32,000 nt of DNA from Pseudomonas aeruginosa (GCF_001457615.1 NZ_LN831024.1:3390001-3422000), one strand, 5' to 3'; counted from the stretch's first letter, positions 1-10,188 are shown. Numbers and translations are program-made. Notes: generated from the sequence alone by a model not told the origin.

Positions 1-1915
1 TGAAGCCGCATCCCAGCCAGGGGTCTTCACCCTCAATGAGGGCAACATTGAGGCGGAAGCTGCCCTCGCAGTGGCCGAGAAAGCAATCGCTGAGCTGACG
101 ATCGCCCATGATACTGAAATGGAGAAGGGCATTAACTGCAAGAATGCTCAGCAGCAAGCTCATGAGGCGCTACTGGACAGTGTATGGAAGCCTAAGCGTG
201 GCTTCGATAACACCGCTTTGGCTTACTGCTTCAGGTCGCTCAACACCAAAGAGCGTTTACTTGATGCAGTCCGAAGCGTCCAGCTTGTGGCAACCTCTGA
301 CACCGCTCAGGGGCTACTCAGCGAGGCGGCAGAACTTAACGAGGCCAGTGATAAAGAGCTGCCCGGAATCGCGCCAATCACCTTCCAGGCGGGTAAGCTA
401 GAAACCGATCCGATCATGCAGGAAGTCATCACTGGGTCAGGCGATTCCTACCTTTCTGCGTTCATTCAGCAACTGGGAAATTCGGATTGGGTCAAGCAGG
501 CACTGCGCTATGAGGTCGAGGCAAAAGACCAGTGCCCACTATGCCAGCAGTCCTTGCCGCAGGATTTCTATACTGAAATTCGTAAAGTCTTCGATAAAAC
601 CTATCAGCAGCGCATTGATTTGCTGCAGCAATTCGAAAGCCAATACCGAGACGCGGTGGATCAATTTCTGCGACGGTACGAGGCTCCGGAATATCAGCTG
701 CAAGCCATAAAGCTCCGTGTCACCAGACTTCACGCTGTCTTCCAGAAAAACCTGCAATCCCTCGCTACAAAGCTCGCCAGTCCATCCCTTACGATTACGT
801 TGGAGTCCACTGCAACATTGGTCGCAGAGTTGAACAGTGAGATCGCGGCTGAGCAACTGAAAATCGACGCTATCAATGCGAGGATAAAAAACAGGAAGCA
901 GCATGAGGAGGACATCAAGCGACGCTTCTGGAGCTGGTACAGAGCTTCGTGCGACGCGGCTTTCGTGGCATTCGAAAAGGTCGATAAGGAGCAGGGGCGC
1001 CAACGCCAGGCCGCCAAGGATGAGGTTCAGTCTCTGCGGGATCGCATTCAGGCACAACGCGATATCATTGCCCAATCCAGGGCGGCCATCAGGAACATCG
1101 ACCAGTCGGTCGAGAGTATCAATAATTGGTTGCGGGTGTTGGGTCTGAAGGGCTTCGCGCTGATTAAAGAAGAGGGCCCGGTGCCACAATATCGTCTTGA
1201 ACGTCCTGGCCAGACTGAAGGGGTGTTCAGAACGCTAAGTGAGGGCGAAAAAACGCTGATCTCGTTCCTCTACTTCCTTGAGGTCTGCAATGGCGAGCTG
1301 GACACAGCTAGTGGGACGCTCAAGCGTGATCGCATCATCGTCATCGATGACCCAATATCGAGCCTCTCCCATAACTATGTCTACGATATTGCGTCGCTGA
1401 TCAGGCGGCAGGTGCTCATCCCGAGAGACCGGTTCAAACAGGTGATCATTCTGACGCACAACCTTTTCTTCTTCCACGAAATGGTCAAGCTCTTGAAGGA
1501 TGACGGAGAAAGATCCTTGGCAATGTTCCGGATCACCAAGTCCGAATACAGCTCGGTCGTGACCATGGAAGAGCGCGAAATCCAGAACGACTACCAAGCC
1601 TTCTGGCAAACCATCAAGGACGCGTTGCAAGGCCGAACTTCCCCTAACGTGATCCCGAACATGATGCGCAATATCTTGGAGTACTACTTCAGCTTCGTGC
1701 ATCAGACGCAAAGCCTGCGCCAGGCGTTGACTGATCTTAGCGAGGAGAATCCAGAGTTCAGAGCGCTTTACCGATACATCAACCGTGAATCACATGCTGA
1801 CTCGGTTAACCTAACTGACTTCGGCGAGATCGATCCGGAGATCTTCGTCGCGCGGTTTAAGGATGTGTTCATCAGAACCAATTTCGAATCTCACTTCGAC
1901 AAGATGATGGCATAG
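1..1915 (+). CDS. AAA_13 / RloC-like ATPase, N-terminus truncated by the window edge
   Basis: The reading frame is open from base 2 (EAASQPGVFTLNEGNIEAEAALAVAEKAIAEL...), so GTG 71 is probably not the true start. Contains a zinc-hook CPLCQQSLP in coiled coil, LSEGEKTLISFLYFLE (ABC-signature-like), RIIVIDDPISSLSHN (Walker B), ILTHN (H-loop), and C-terminal RNILE...RESH. Confidence 0.85.
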   Translation, partial: EAASQPGVFTLNEGNIEAEAALAVAEKAIAELTIAHDTEMEKGINCKNAQQQAHEALLDSVWKPKRGFDNTALAYCFRSLNTKERLLDAVRSVQLVATSDTAQGLLSEAAELNEASDKELPGIAPITFQAGKLETDPIMQEVITGSGDSYLSAFIQQLGNSDWVKQALRYEVEAKDQCPLCQQSLPQDFYTEIRKVFDKTYQQRIDLLQQFESQYRDAVDQFLRRYEAPEYQLQAIKLRVTRLHAVFQKNLQSLATKLASPSLTITLESTATLVAELNSEIAAEQLKIDAINARIKNRKQHEEDIKRRFWSWYRASCDAAFVAFEKVDKEQGRQRQAAKDEVQSLRDRIQAQRDIIAQSRAAIRNIDQSVESINNWLRVLGLKGFALIKEEGPVPQYRLERPGQTEGVFRTLSEGEKTLISFLYFLEVCNGELDTASGTLKRDRIIVIDDPISSLSHNYVYDIASLIRRQVLIPRDRFKQVIILTHNLFFFHEMVKLLKDDGERSLAMFRITKSEYSSVVTMEEREIQNDYQAFWQTIKDALQGRTSPNVIPNMMRNILEYYFSFVHQTQSLRQALTDLSEENPEFRALYRYINRESHADSVNLTDFGEIDPEIFVARFKDVFIRTNFESHFDKMMA

Positions 1916-2156
1916 CTAGCCATGTATTCTGGGATGGCTGCGTCAAGGCGTATGTGTTCGCTCCTTCTACCGGGAACGACCGGATAACCTGGAATTGCAC
2001 GAGGGCTGATCTTCCCATATTCGGCATCAACTGATAGCATTTAGCCTGCAGCTACCACCCAAGGGCTCTCCTTCCTGCCTGGCACTCATCTGCTCGCTTT
2101 GCACGTGGGGTGTAAAGGCTATCAGCGGCCCGCTGAGATCAGATGGAGAATACGCC

Positions 2157-2261
2157 ATGACCGATCATGGGAAAGTTGTCTTGGTTCGCCAGTACAACCG
2201 TTTCCGGTTTGGGCAATGGGAAACCGTGTGCATGCACATGCGCTCCCTACCGCGCCGGTAA
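2157..2261 (+). CDS. possible 34-aa small ORF (MTDHGKVVLVRQYNRFRFGQWETVCMHMRSLPRR)
   Basis: ATG preceded by GGAG at 6-7 nt spacing, in the low-GC region right of the ATPase gene; no family recognised. Confidence 0.15.
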   Translation: MTDHGKVVLVRQYNRFRFGQWETVCMHMRSLPRR

Positions 2262-2543
2262 TTGAACGTACCTAGGTGGTAGCTGCACTTCTTTTTCTAG
2301 ACCTTCTTCGCTACCTAATCAGCGTTCCTTTCGATTTGCTTCCAACGCGCTATAGACAGGAAATCGAATGACTGCTTCTGGCCGTATACAGCCCCTCCCT
2401 AAGCCATAGCCCTTCCCCATACCTGAACGGCACACCTATTGCCACCCGCAAAACCACAACCTCCCCCGCTGCTAACCGCAATAGCTGCGGCTTGAGTGTC
2501 GCGGATCGGTTTTTGGAATGTGGTGTTGGCCCTCACCCCAACC

Positions 2544-2565
2544 CTCTCCCGCACGCGGGAGAGGG
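2544..2565. repeat. perfect inverted repeat CCTCTCCCGC-AC-GCGGGAGAGG in intergenic DNA
   Basis: 10-nt arms read directly; embedded in CCCTCACCCCAACCTCTCCCGCACGCGGGAGAGGGGG, a motif style common in proteobacterial intergenic repeats. Confidence 0.6.
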
Positions 2566-2804
2566 GGCCGGGCGTGCCTTGTGGGTCGAGCGCCTCGCTC
2601 GGGCGCAGCCTGGAACGATGTCTACCCTCCCCTAGCCCCGGGCATCTGGAATCTGGAATTCGGCCCCCAGCCCAGGCAACCAGAAGCACCGGAAACGCGC
2701 CCTGAATGATTTCAGATTCGCGCCGAAACCTTCGAAAGCCGTTTCCTCGCACCCGAAAGCCGCCGAGGCTGCCCTGCGGCTTTCGCTGCGCAACGGCTAC
2801 CCGC

Positions 2805-3185
2805 CTACTTGCACCGGTCGCTCAGCCTGACCAGCGATGCGCCGTACACCGCGTCGTCCTCGGAGGCGAAGATCGCCTCGCCTTCGACGGTGGCTCCCGG
2901 CTTGAGGGTCTCGGCGGTGAGTTCCTCGTCCACGGTATCCAGCCTGAAGGACTGGCCGGCGGCGGACTGCGCCACCAGGCAGCTGTTCTTCAGGCTGATC
3001 TCGCTCTTCGCCGCATTCACCAGGCGGACCTTGAAGGCCTGGGTGCGGAAGTGCTTGTCGCCGACGGATACGCTGCCCTTGTCGCCCTGGCGGGCGAAGA
3101 CCATCACTGCGTCCGGCGCGGCGGCGAAGCCGAGGGAAGGAGCGGCCAGCAGGCCGGCCAGGGTCAGGGCCATTGCGTTCTTCAT
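2805..3185 (-). CDS. secreted hypothetical protein, 126 aa
   Basis: Starts MKNAMALTLAGLLAAPSLGFAAAPDAVMV, a clear Sec signal peptide; complete ORF. Confidence 0.7.
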   Translation of the reverse strand: MKNAMALTLAGLLAAPSLGFAAAPDAVMVFARQGDKGSVSVGDKHFRTQAFKVRLVNAAKSEISLKNSCLVAQSAAGQSFRLDTVDEELTAETLKPGATVEGEAIFASEDDAVYGASLVRLSDRCK

Positions 3186-3678
3186 ACTGATTTCCTTTGG
3201 CAAAGACTGAACGACCCGGTGATTTTCCGTGGGTCTTTTCGCCGCGATCAAGCGCAGTGCCAAGGAATGCGGGGCGCCTCGTGTTCTGCAAGTCGGAGGG
3301 TTTCCAGCGGAACTTTTCCCGCAACCGTGCTTCCAGGCGAAAACCGCTCGCTACGCGGAACGCCGGTCTTCCAACCCACACGATCCTCGCGCCCGCCAGG
3401 CTGTCCTCGAACGCTTGCAACCACAGGCCGGACGCTCGGCCCAGGCGATGGCCCAATGGGCGCCGGGCAGGTCCGCTTCGGCGTGGCCGCGATGCAACAA
3501 GTGCGCCTGGACCGGCATCGCGGTAGCGCTCGGCGAGGGCGCCACCGAGGCTGTCGGCGGCATGTCGTGTTCGACTCCGTTGCGGGTGGCGAGCGGGGCC
3601 TGCGATCTTCCCTTGGGGGAGAGTCCAGCCCGGCGACCCGGCAGGTGGCCGCCAAGCCGCTTGCGCAGGCTGCCGGGC

Positions 3679-5883
3679 TCAGCCGAGCAACTTGTCGACG
3701 GTCAGCGGGAAGTCGCGCAGGCGGCGGCCGGTGGCGTGGTACACGGCATTCGCCACTGCGGCGGCGACGCCGACGATGCCTATTTCGCCGACGCCCTTGG
3801 AGCCCAGTTCGTTAACGATATCGTCGGGTTCGTCAACGAAGATCACCTCGATATCGCCAATATCGGCGTTAACCGGGATGTGGTACTCGGCGAGGTTGTG
3901 GTTCATGCAGCGGCCCAGCGCATGGTCGACCTGGGTTTCCTCCTGCAAGGCCATGCCCAGGCCCCAGACCACCCCGCCGAGTATCTGGCTGCGAGCGGTC
4001 TTCGGGTTGATCACCCGCCCCGCCGCGACCGCGCTGACCACCCGGCTCACACGCAGGGTACCGAGGGCTTCGTCGATCCGCACCTCGACGAATACCGCCG
4101 AATGGGTCGCGGTGGCGTAGCCTTTGCGCCGCGCCGAGGGTTCAGCTTCCACCTCCACCTGCAACGCGTCTTCCGGCAGCCCTTGCAGCAGGTCGGCCAG
4201 GGCGTATCGCGTATCGCCCGCTTCCAGATGGCCACGGCATATGCGGAAGCGTTCTTCGGCGGTGCCGGCCAGCTCCGGATGGCGGGCCCTGGCATGGGCG
4301 ACCAGGGCCTGGCGCAGGCGCAGGCAGGCCAGGCGGACGGCGGAACCGACCGACGAGACGGTGAACGAGCCGCCCTGCAATGGAGCCTTGGGCAACGCAC
4401 TGTCGCCAAGCTGGAAGCGCACCTCTTCCGGCGCCATGCCAGCGGCGTCGGCGGCGATCTGGGTCATCACCGTGTAGGTGCCGGTGCCGATATCCGTGGT
4501 CGCGCTGGCCACCCGCAGCAGGCCGTCCGCCTCCAGCCGCGCCCTCGCGCTGGCCTTGCTCTGCATGGCCTCCCAGACGCCACCGGCCATGCCCCAGCCG
4601 AGCAACTGGCGCCCTTCGCTCATGCTCCGTGGCCGTGGGTCGCGGGCCTGCCAACCGAAGCGCCGGGCGCCCTCCTCGTAGCAGGCCAGCAGCGCCTTGC
4701 TGGAGTACGGCTTGTCCTCGTTGCCGTTGCGCTCGGCGAAGTTGAACCGGCGCAGCGCGATGGGGTCCATGCCGAGCCGCACCGCCAGTTCGTCCATCGC
4801 GCATTCCAGCCCGATCAGTCCCAGCGCCGCGCCGGGGGCGCGCATGTCCAGCGGGGTATAGACGTCCAGCGGCACCAGACGGTAGGCCAGGGAAAGGTTC
4901 TCGCAGCGATAGAGCATGCCGCTCCACTCCACCACGTGCTCGGTGAAGTCTTCGAAGCGCGAGGTCTGCGCTGTCGCCTGGTGGCCCAGCGCAAGCAGGC
5001 GCCCCTCGGCATCGGCGCCCAGTTGCAGGCGCTGCAGGGTGCGCGGCCGGTAGCCGAAGGTGAACATCTGCTGGCGGGTCAGCACTACGCGCACCGACCG
5101 CCGCAGTTGCAGCGCCGCCATCACCGCCAGGGCCAACTGGTATTGCGGACGCAGGCCGGAGCCGAAGGCGCCGCCGACGTAGGCGGCACAGACCCTTACC
5201 TTGTCGGCGGGCAGGCGGAAGACCTTTTGCAGGTAGGCCTGGCTGTTCTGCGTCCCCTGGGTCTTGTCGTGCACCAGCAGGCTGCCGTCGGGCTGGACGA
5301 TGACCGTGGACGCGTGCGGTTCCATGGGATTGTGGTGCTCGATCGGCGTGCTGTAGCTGGCCTCGACCCGAATCGGCGCGGCGCGGTAGGCGGTGTAGAA
5401 ATCGCCGCGCTCGGCGGGCAGTTGGGCGGGAGCCTCATGGGCCTGGTCGAGGGCGGCCAGCAGGTCGGTCTGGTGCGGCTCGGGCTCGATATCGATGCGC
5501 AGCAGCGAGCCCGCGTAGCGGGCCAGTTCCAGGCTCCGTGCCAGGACCAGGGCAAGGGGCTGGCCGCTGTACAGGACGCGGTCGTCGAACAGCGGGCGGA
5601 AGGGTTCGCCTTCGGCGGCATCAGCGTCCTTGTAGGGCTCGTCGTCGCCCGCCATCGGCGGCCGGTTCAGGTGATGCAGTACCGCGGCCACCCCGGGTAC
5701 CGCCAGGGCCGCCGCACAGTCGATGCCGCGCACCCGGCCGCGGGCGACGTCGCTGCTGACCACGCTGCCGTGGAGCAGGTCGGCGGCAGGATATTCGGCG
5801 GCGTAGCGAGCCTGGCCGGTGACCTTGGCTGGCCCGTCGACGCGATCCAGGGCTTGCCCGGTGCTGTGTGGCAGGCTGCTCAT
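3679..5883 (-). CDS. xanthine dehydrogenase-family molybdopterin-binding large subunit (YagR/PaoC-type)
   Basis: RVDGPAKVTGQARYAAEY N-terminus; HNPMEPHAS; YVGGAFGSGLRPQYQ; GVWGLGMALQEE; NELGSKGVGEIGIVGVAAAVANAVYHATG. 4-nt ATGA overlap with the upstream gene. Confidence 0.93.
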   Translation of the reverse strand: MSSLPHSTGQALDRVDGPAKVTGQARYAAEYPAADLLHGSVVSSDVARGRVRGIDCAAALAVPGVAAVLHHLNRPPMAGDDEPYKDADAAEGEPFRPLFDDRVLYSGQPLALVLARSLELARYAGSLLRIDIEPEPHQTDLLAALDQAHEAPAQLPAERGDFYTAYRAAPIRVEASYSTPIEHHNPMEPHASTVIVQPDGSLLVHDKTQGTQNSQAYLQKVFRLPADKVRVCAAYVGGAFGSGLRPQYQLALAVMAALQLRRSVRVVLTRQQMFTFGYRPRTLQRLQLGADAEGRLLALGHQATAQTSRFEDFTEHVVEWSGMLYRCENLSLAYRLVPLDVYTPLDMRAPGAALGLIGLECAMDELAVRLGMDPIALRRFNFAERNGNEDKPYSSKALLACYEEGARRFGWQARDPRPRSMSEGRQLLGWGMAGGVWEAMQSKASARARLEADGLLRVASATTDIGTGTYTVMTQIAADAAGMAPEEVRFQLGDSALPKAPLQGGSFTVSSVGSAVRLACLRLRQALVAHARARHPELAGTAEERFRICRGHLEAGDTRYALADLLQGLPEDALQVEVEAEPSARRKGYATATHSAVFVEVRIDEALGTLRVSRVVSAVAAGRVINPKTARSQILGGVVWGLGMALQEETQVDHALGRCMNHNLAEYHIPVNADIGDIEVIFVDEPDDIVNELGSKGVGEIGIVGVAAAVANAVYHATGRRLRDFPLTVDKLLG

Positions 5884-6869
5884 TGGCCGATCCCTCCCGA
5901 GTGGGCTTCTTCCAGTGCGCGAACGATGGCGTTGCGCGCCAATCCGATCTTGAAGGCGTTGTGGGCCAGCGGCCTGGCGTCACGCAGCAGCGCTTCGGCG
6001 AAGCGGACATAGCTGTCCCGGTTCGCCGGGTGGCCCCTGAAACGTTCCTCCAGCTCTGCGACGCGCCATGGCTTGTGGGCCACGCCGCCGAGCGCCAGGC
6101 GCAGTTCGCCAATGCGCTCGCCGTCCGGTTCCAGGGCCGCCGCCACCGAGACCAGGGCGAAGGCGTAGGAGGCCCGGTCGCGCACCTTCAGGTAGTGGCA
6201 ATGCCGGGCGAAGCGCGGTGCTGGCAGCTCGATGGCGGTGACCAGTTCGTCGACGGCCAGGCAGTTGTCGCGCTCGGGCGTGTCTGCCGGCAGGCGATGG
6301 AAGTCGGCGAAAGCGACCCGCCGCTCGCCAGCGCGGCCGCGCACCAGTACCTGAGCCTCCAGCGCCGCCAGCGCCACGCACAGGTCGGATGGATGTACCG
6401 CCACGCAGTGTTCGCTGGCGCCGAGGATCGCATGGTTGCGGTTCAGCCCGCTGCGCGCGGGGCATCCGCTGCCCGGCTCGCGCTTGTTGCATGGCGTGCC
6501 GGTGTCGTAGAAATACTGGCAGCGGGTACGCTGCAACAGGTTGCCGCCGGTGCTGGCCATGTTGCGCAACTGCGGCGAGGCGCCGGCGAGGATCGCCTGG
6601 GCTAGCAAGGGATAGTCCGCCTCCACGGCGGGATTCCAGGCCAGTTCGGCGTTGCTGACCAGGGCTCCGACCAGCAGGCCGCCGGTGGGCGTCCGGCGGA
6701 TGTCGCGCAGCGGGAGGCCGGTGATGTCGATGAGTCGCCGGGGCCTGGCAACGTTTTCCTTCATCAGGTCGAGCAGGTTGGTGCCACCGGCGATGTAGCG
6801 CGACTCCGGGCCGGCGAGGCCCAGCGCCTGCTCGATGTCGGCCGGCTTGGCATAGGCGAAGGGCGTCAT
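5880..6869 (-). CDS. FAD-binding middle subunit of molybdopterin hydroxylase (YagS/PaoB-type)
   Basis: SRYIAGGTNLLDLMKENVARPRRLIDI; MASTGGNLLQRTRCQYFYDTGTPCNKREPGSGC; start MTPFAYAKPADIEQAL overlaps the upstream stop (ATGA). Confidence 0.92.
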   Translation of the reverse strand: MTPFAYAKPADIEQALGLAGPESRYIAGGTNLLDLMKENVARPRRLIDITGLPLRDIRRTPTGGLLVGALVSNAELAWNPAVEADYPLLAQAILAGASPQLRNMASTGGNLLQRTRCQYFYDTGTPCNKREPGSGCPARSGLNRNHAILGASEHCVAVHPSDLCVALAALEAQVLVRGRAGERRVAFADFHRLPADTPERDNCLAVDELVTAIELPAPRFARHCHYLKVRDRASYAFALVSVAAALEPDGERIGELRLALGGVAHKPWRVAELEERFRGHPANRDSYVRFAEALLRDARPLAHNAFKIGLARNAIVRALEEAHSGGIGQ

Positions 6870-7378
6870 GCGCGCTGCCCTCCCTGTCCGTCGCGATCGA
6901 GCAGCGGCAAGGCGTCTTCCACAGCGTCGAGGATATTGCCGTAGGCGCCGCAGCGGCACAGGTTGCCGCTCATGCCCTCGCGGATCTCCGCCCGCGAGCG
7001 CGCCCGCCCCTCGCTCGCCAGGCCAAGGGCCGAACAGATCTGTCCGGGCGTGCAGTAGCCGCACTGGAAGGCATCATGGCGGATGAACGCCTGTTGCAGG
7101 GGATGCAGGCGATCACCCTCGGCCAGACCTTCGATGGTAGTCAGTGCATCGCCGTCGCACATCACCGCCAGCGTCAGGCAGGCGTTGATCCGGCGACCGT
7201 TGCGCAACACCGTGCAAGCGCCGCATTGGCCGTGGTCGCAGCCCTTCTTGCTGCCCACTAGGTCGAGCCGCTCGCGCAGCAGGTCGAGCAGCGTCAGCCA
7301 CGGGGGTACTCTCAACTCTCGGCGCTGGCCATTGATCAGCAGGCTGATCGGCAGGTCCGCCGGCTCCGGATTGGTCAT
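6866..7378 (-). CDS. 2Fe-2S small subunit of molybdopterin hydroxylase (YagT/PaoA-type)
   Basis: GCDHGQCGACTVLRNGRRINAC and CGYCTPGQICSA / GNLCRCGAY cysteine motifs; no obvious Tat leader at the N-terminus. Confidence 0.94.
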   Translation of the reverse strand: MTNPEPADLPISLLINGQRRELRVPPWLTLLDLLRERLDLVGSKKGCDHGQCGACTVLRNGRRINACLTLAVMCDGDALTTIEGLAEGDRLHPLQQAFIRHDAFQCGYCTPGQICSALGLASEGRARSRAEIREGMSGNLCRCGAYGNILDAVEDALPLLDRDGQGGQRA

Positions 7379-7547
7379 GGTACAAGCCTCACGGTCGGTG
7401 CATCGGCGCGGCGGATGCCGCTTTTTCAGGTCCGACCGAACGGCTCGAAGATATGTTCAAAGTAAATGACGGCCATGGCCATGCCACAAAGGCGGGCGGA
7501 TGCTCGACGCCTGCGCCGCTATCGGCCGCCGGAGCCCTGCGCCGAGG

Positions 7548-8843
7548 TCACTTGAACAGGCTCGACACCACCCGCGCCACGTGCTCGGCGCCCTTGCTGA
7601 TCTCCTGCATGATGCCGGCCACGGTGGTGATCTGGTTGTTGTTCTCCTGGGCGCTGGACTCGATGGTCTGCATGTTGTGGTTGATCTGCTGGGTCAGCTT
7701 GACGTTCTCGGTGACCACGTTCTTGATCTCCACCGTGGCGCCGCTGGTGCGCGCCGCCAGTTGCCGCACCTCGTCGGCGACCACCGCGAAGCCGCGCCCC
7801 ATGTCGCCGGCGCGAGCCGCCTCGATGGCGGCGTTGAGGGCCAGCAGGTTGGTCTGTTCGGCGACGCTCTGGATGGTGGTGACGATGTTCTCGATGTCCT
7901 TGGTCTGGTGGGTGAGCTGGGAAATCAGGCCGACGGCGGTGTTGACCATCGACAGGGTCTTGGCCGACAGGGCGACGGACTGGTCGAGGGAGTCGATGCC
8001 GCGGGTGGAAATCTGCGCGGTCTCTTCCGCGGTGGAGAACGACAGCTCGGCGGCGCGCCGTACCTCCTCGTTGCGATTGACCTGCTCGGTAACGTCGATG
8101 GCGAACTTGATGACCTTGATTATCCGCCCCGAACTGTCCTTGACCGGGTTGTAGGTGGCTTCGATATGTACCCGCTCGCCGGCGGCGCTGCGGCGCTCGA
8201 AATGCCCGCGGGAGAATTCGCCGTGCCGCAGCCGAGCCCAGAAATCCGGGTTCTCCCGATAGAACTCGTCGAAGCAGAGCATGCGGTGGTGCTGGCCCTT
8301 GAGCGACTTGAGGCTGTAGCCGAAGAGACGCAGGAAGTTCTCGTTGGCATCGAGTATCTCGCCGTCCGGGGTGAACTCGATGACCGCCATGGACTGGCGT
8401 ATGGCGTCGTTGATCGCGTTGAGCAGGAGCAGTTCGGAATGGTTGCGGGTCACGTCGGCGGCGATCTTCAGCACCTCGACGACCGCCCCTTCGGCATTCT
8501 TCACCGGGAAATAGGTGGCCTCCAGCCAGACCGGCGTACCATCGCGCCGCAGGCGCTTGAACACGCCGCGCTGGGGCGTGCCGCTGGCCAGTTCCTTCCA
8601 GAAGCGCACGTAGGCGGCGGAGGCCTGGTAGTCCTCGTCGCAGAAGATCCGGTGGTGCTTGCCGACCAGTTCGTCCGCCGAATAGCCGACCGCCGCGAGG
8701 AACAGCGGGTTGGCGGACAGTATCTGGCCATCGGGAGTGAAACGGATGGTGGCGACGTTCTGCCCGATGGCATCGAGTCGCCACGCCAAGTCTTCATCCT
8801 TGGCGGCGCTTTCCACCGCCCTGCTTTTTCTGCCGAAGAGCAT
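7548..8843 (-). CDS. methyl-accepting chemotaxis protein, soluble, two PAS domains
   Basis: Two PAS repeats ([25 protein letters not shown]; [25 protein letters not shown]), hairpin tip [40 protein letters not shown], no transmembrane segments. Confidence 0.93.
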   Translation of the reverse strand: MLFGRKSRAVESAAKDEDLAWRLDAIGQNVATIRFTPDGQILSANPLFLAAVGYSADELVGKHHRIFCDEDYQASAAYVRFWKELASGTPQRGVFKRLRRDGTPVWLEATYFPVKNAEGAVVEVLKIAADVTRNHSELLLLNAINDAIRQSMAVIEFTPDGEILDANENFLRLFGYSLKSLKGQHHRMLCFDEFYRENPDFWARLRHGEFSRGHFERRSAAGERVHIEATYNPVKDSSGRIIKVIKFAIDVTEQVNRNEEVRRAAELSFSTAEETAQISTRGIDSLDQSVALSAKTLSMVNTAVGLISQLTHQTKDIENIVTTIQSVAEQTNLLALNAAIEAARAGDMGRGFAVVADEVRQLAARTSGATVEIKNVVTENVKLTQQINHNMQTIESSAQENNNQITTVAGIMQEISKGAEHVARVVSSLFK

Positions 8844-9214
8844 CGCGCACGACTCCTTGATGGCGCCTGTCCATCGCGAGGGAGTGGAGAACCGGAGATA
8901 GCCGTCCTACCGCTAAACGCCAGTGTAGATCGGGCTCCGGCAACTTTCCTCGGTGCCCGCATCGCCGTCCGTCCCCTAGCGGGCGGGACCCAGCGGGGCA
9001 CGCGATGCCAGGATCGCCAGGCCGGCCAGCCCGACTACCGAGACGCTCTGGTTGAGGCAGGCATTGGTACGCCCAGACAATCGCCCCGCGCCCGCGCATC
9101 AGCCAGGCTGCGAGCCATGCCAGCGCCGGTCCGCGCTATGATCGCTGCACCCGGCCTGACCGCGCTCCGACCTCGCGCCGTCGTATCCCGAAACCCACTT
9201 CCAGGAGGAAGCAC

Positions 9215-9511
9215 ATGGCAACCGATCTCTACGCGCTGGCCGAACAGGTCGAGGACGAAGCGGGTTTCCTGCACTTCCTCGCCGCGCTGGCGGCGGACTG
9301 GGAGGAAGACCGCCGCCTTGCCGCCGCCAACCCGCCGAAGCCGTTCGGCCCCAGCCCGCTGGGTTGGGAGAACGGCAGCATCGGTGGCTTCCTCGATGCC
9401 GCCGCGACCTGGGGCGAGGACTCCCGCGACGGCCTGCCGGGCTATTCCAGGCCGGAGAATGCCTGGCGGCGCGCGGCGCAGCTGATGCTGGCGGGCAAGT
9501 TCTATGAATGA
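9215..9511 (+). CDS. small conserved-looking hypothetical protein, 98 aa
   Basis: RBS AGGAGG just upstream (ccaggaggaagcacATG); overlaps the start of the next gene by 8 nt. Confidence 0.75.
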   Translation: MATDLYALAEQVEDEAGFLHFLAALAADWEEDRRLAAANPPKPFGPSPLGWENGSIGGFLDAAATWGEDSRDGLPGYSRPENAWRRAAQLMLAGKFYE

Positions 9512-10127
9512 CTTCAAGTCTGCCCTGGCGCCCTTCCCGCCCGGCTACCCGAGGGTCTTGCCGGGCAACCGGCGGCAGGTGCCGATACTGCATCGCGACG
9601 CGGACTTCCTCCTGCGCGCGCTGCAACCCGACGATTTCGTCCGGACCAGCCGCTACGAGAACGCCAACCGCGAGCACCTGGCGCCATGGGAGCCGCTGCG
9701 CGACCCGGGGTATTTTTCCGTGGACAACGCCCGCGCCCGCACCCTGCTACAGGTGGCGAGCATGGACGAAGGCGAGGCGCTTCTCCTGCTGTTGCTCGAT
9801 CCCGACGACGGCGAGGTGCTGGGGCGCTGCAGCTACACCAACATCGTCCGCGGGGTATTCCAGGCCTGCCACCTGGGCTTTTCCCTGGCCGCTGCGGCGC
9901 AGGGCCGCGGCCTGATGGCACGAGCCCTGCGGGTAGCCAACCGGTATTGCTTCGAGCAGCTCGGCCTGCACCGGATCATGGCCAGCCACCTGCCGCGCAA
10001 CGCACGCAGCGAGCGCCTGCTGGAAAGCCTCGGCTTCGAGAAGGAAGGCTACGCCCGCGCCTACCTGAAGATCGCCGGGGTCTGGGAAGACCATGTGCTA
10101 CGGGCGCTGGTGGACGCTCCGCGCTGA
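9504..10127 (+). CDS. rimJ: GNAT N-acetyltransferase, RimJ/RimL type
   Basis: [11 protein letters not shown]...[10 protein letters not shown]...[92 protein letters not shown]. Confidence 0.88.
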
Positions 10128-10141
10128 ACCGACGTGCAAAT

Positions 10142-10172
10142 GCGCAACGGGGCGCCAGGCGTCCCGTTGCGC
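10142..10172. terminator. stem-loop GCGCAACGGG-(11 nt)-CCCGTTGCGC between convergent genes
   Basis: 10-nt perfect arms between rimJ (+) and metE (-) stop codons; no strong U-tract, so terminator function is inferred. Confidence 0.5.
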
Positions 10173-10188
10173 TCACCGGGCCCGCCGC

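Noticed and set aside
3229-6012. 927-aa plus-strand ORF
   Set aside because: Antisense to the molybdopterin subunit gene; typical third-position GC shadow ORF with no recognisable motifs.
7500-9485. 661-aa plus-strand ORF
   Set aside because: Antisense shadow of the PAS/MCP gene, which has clear domain motifs.
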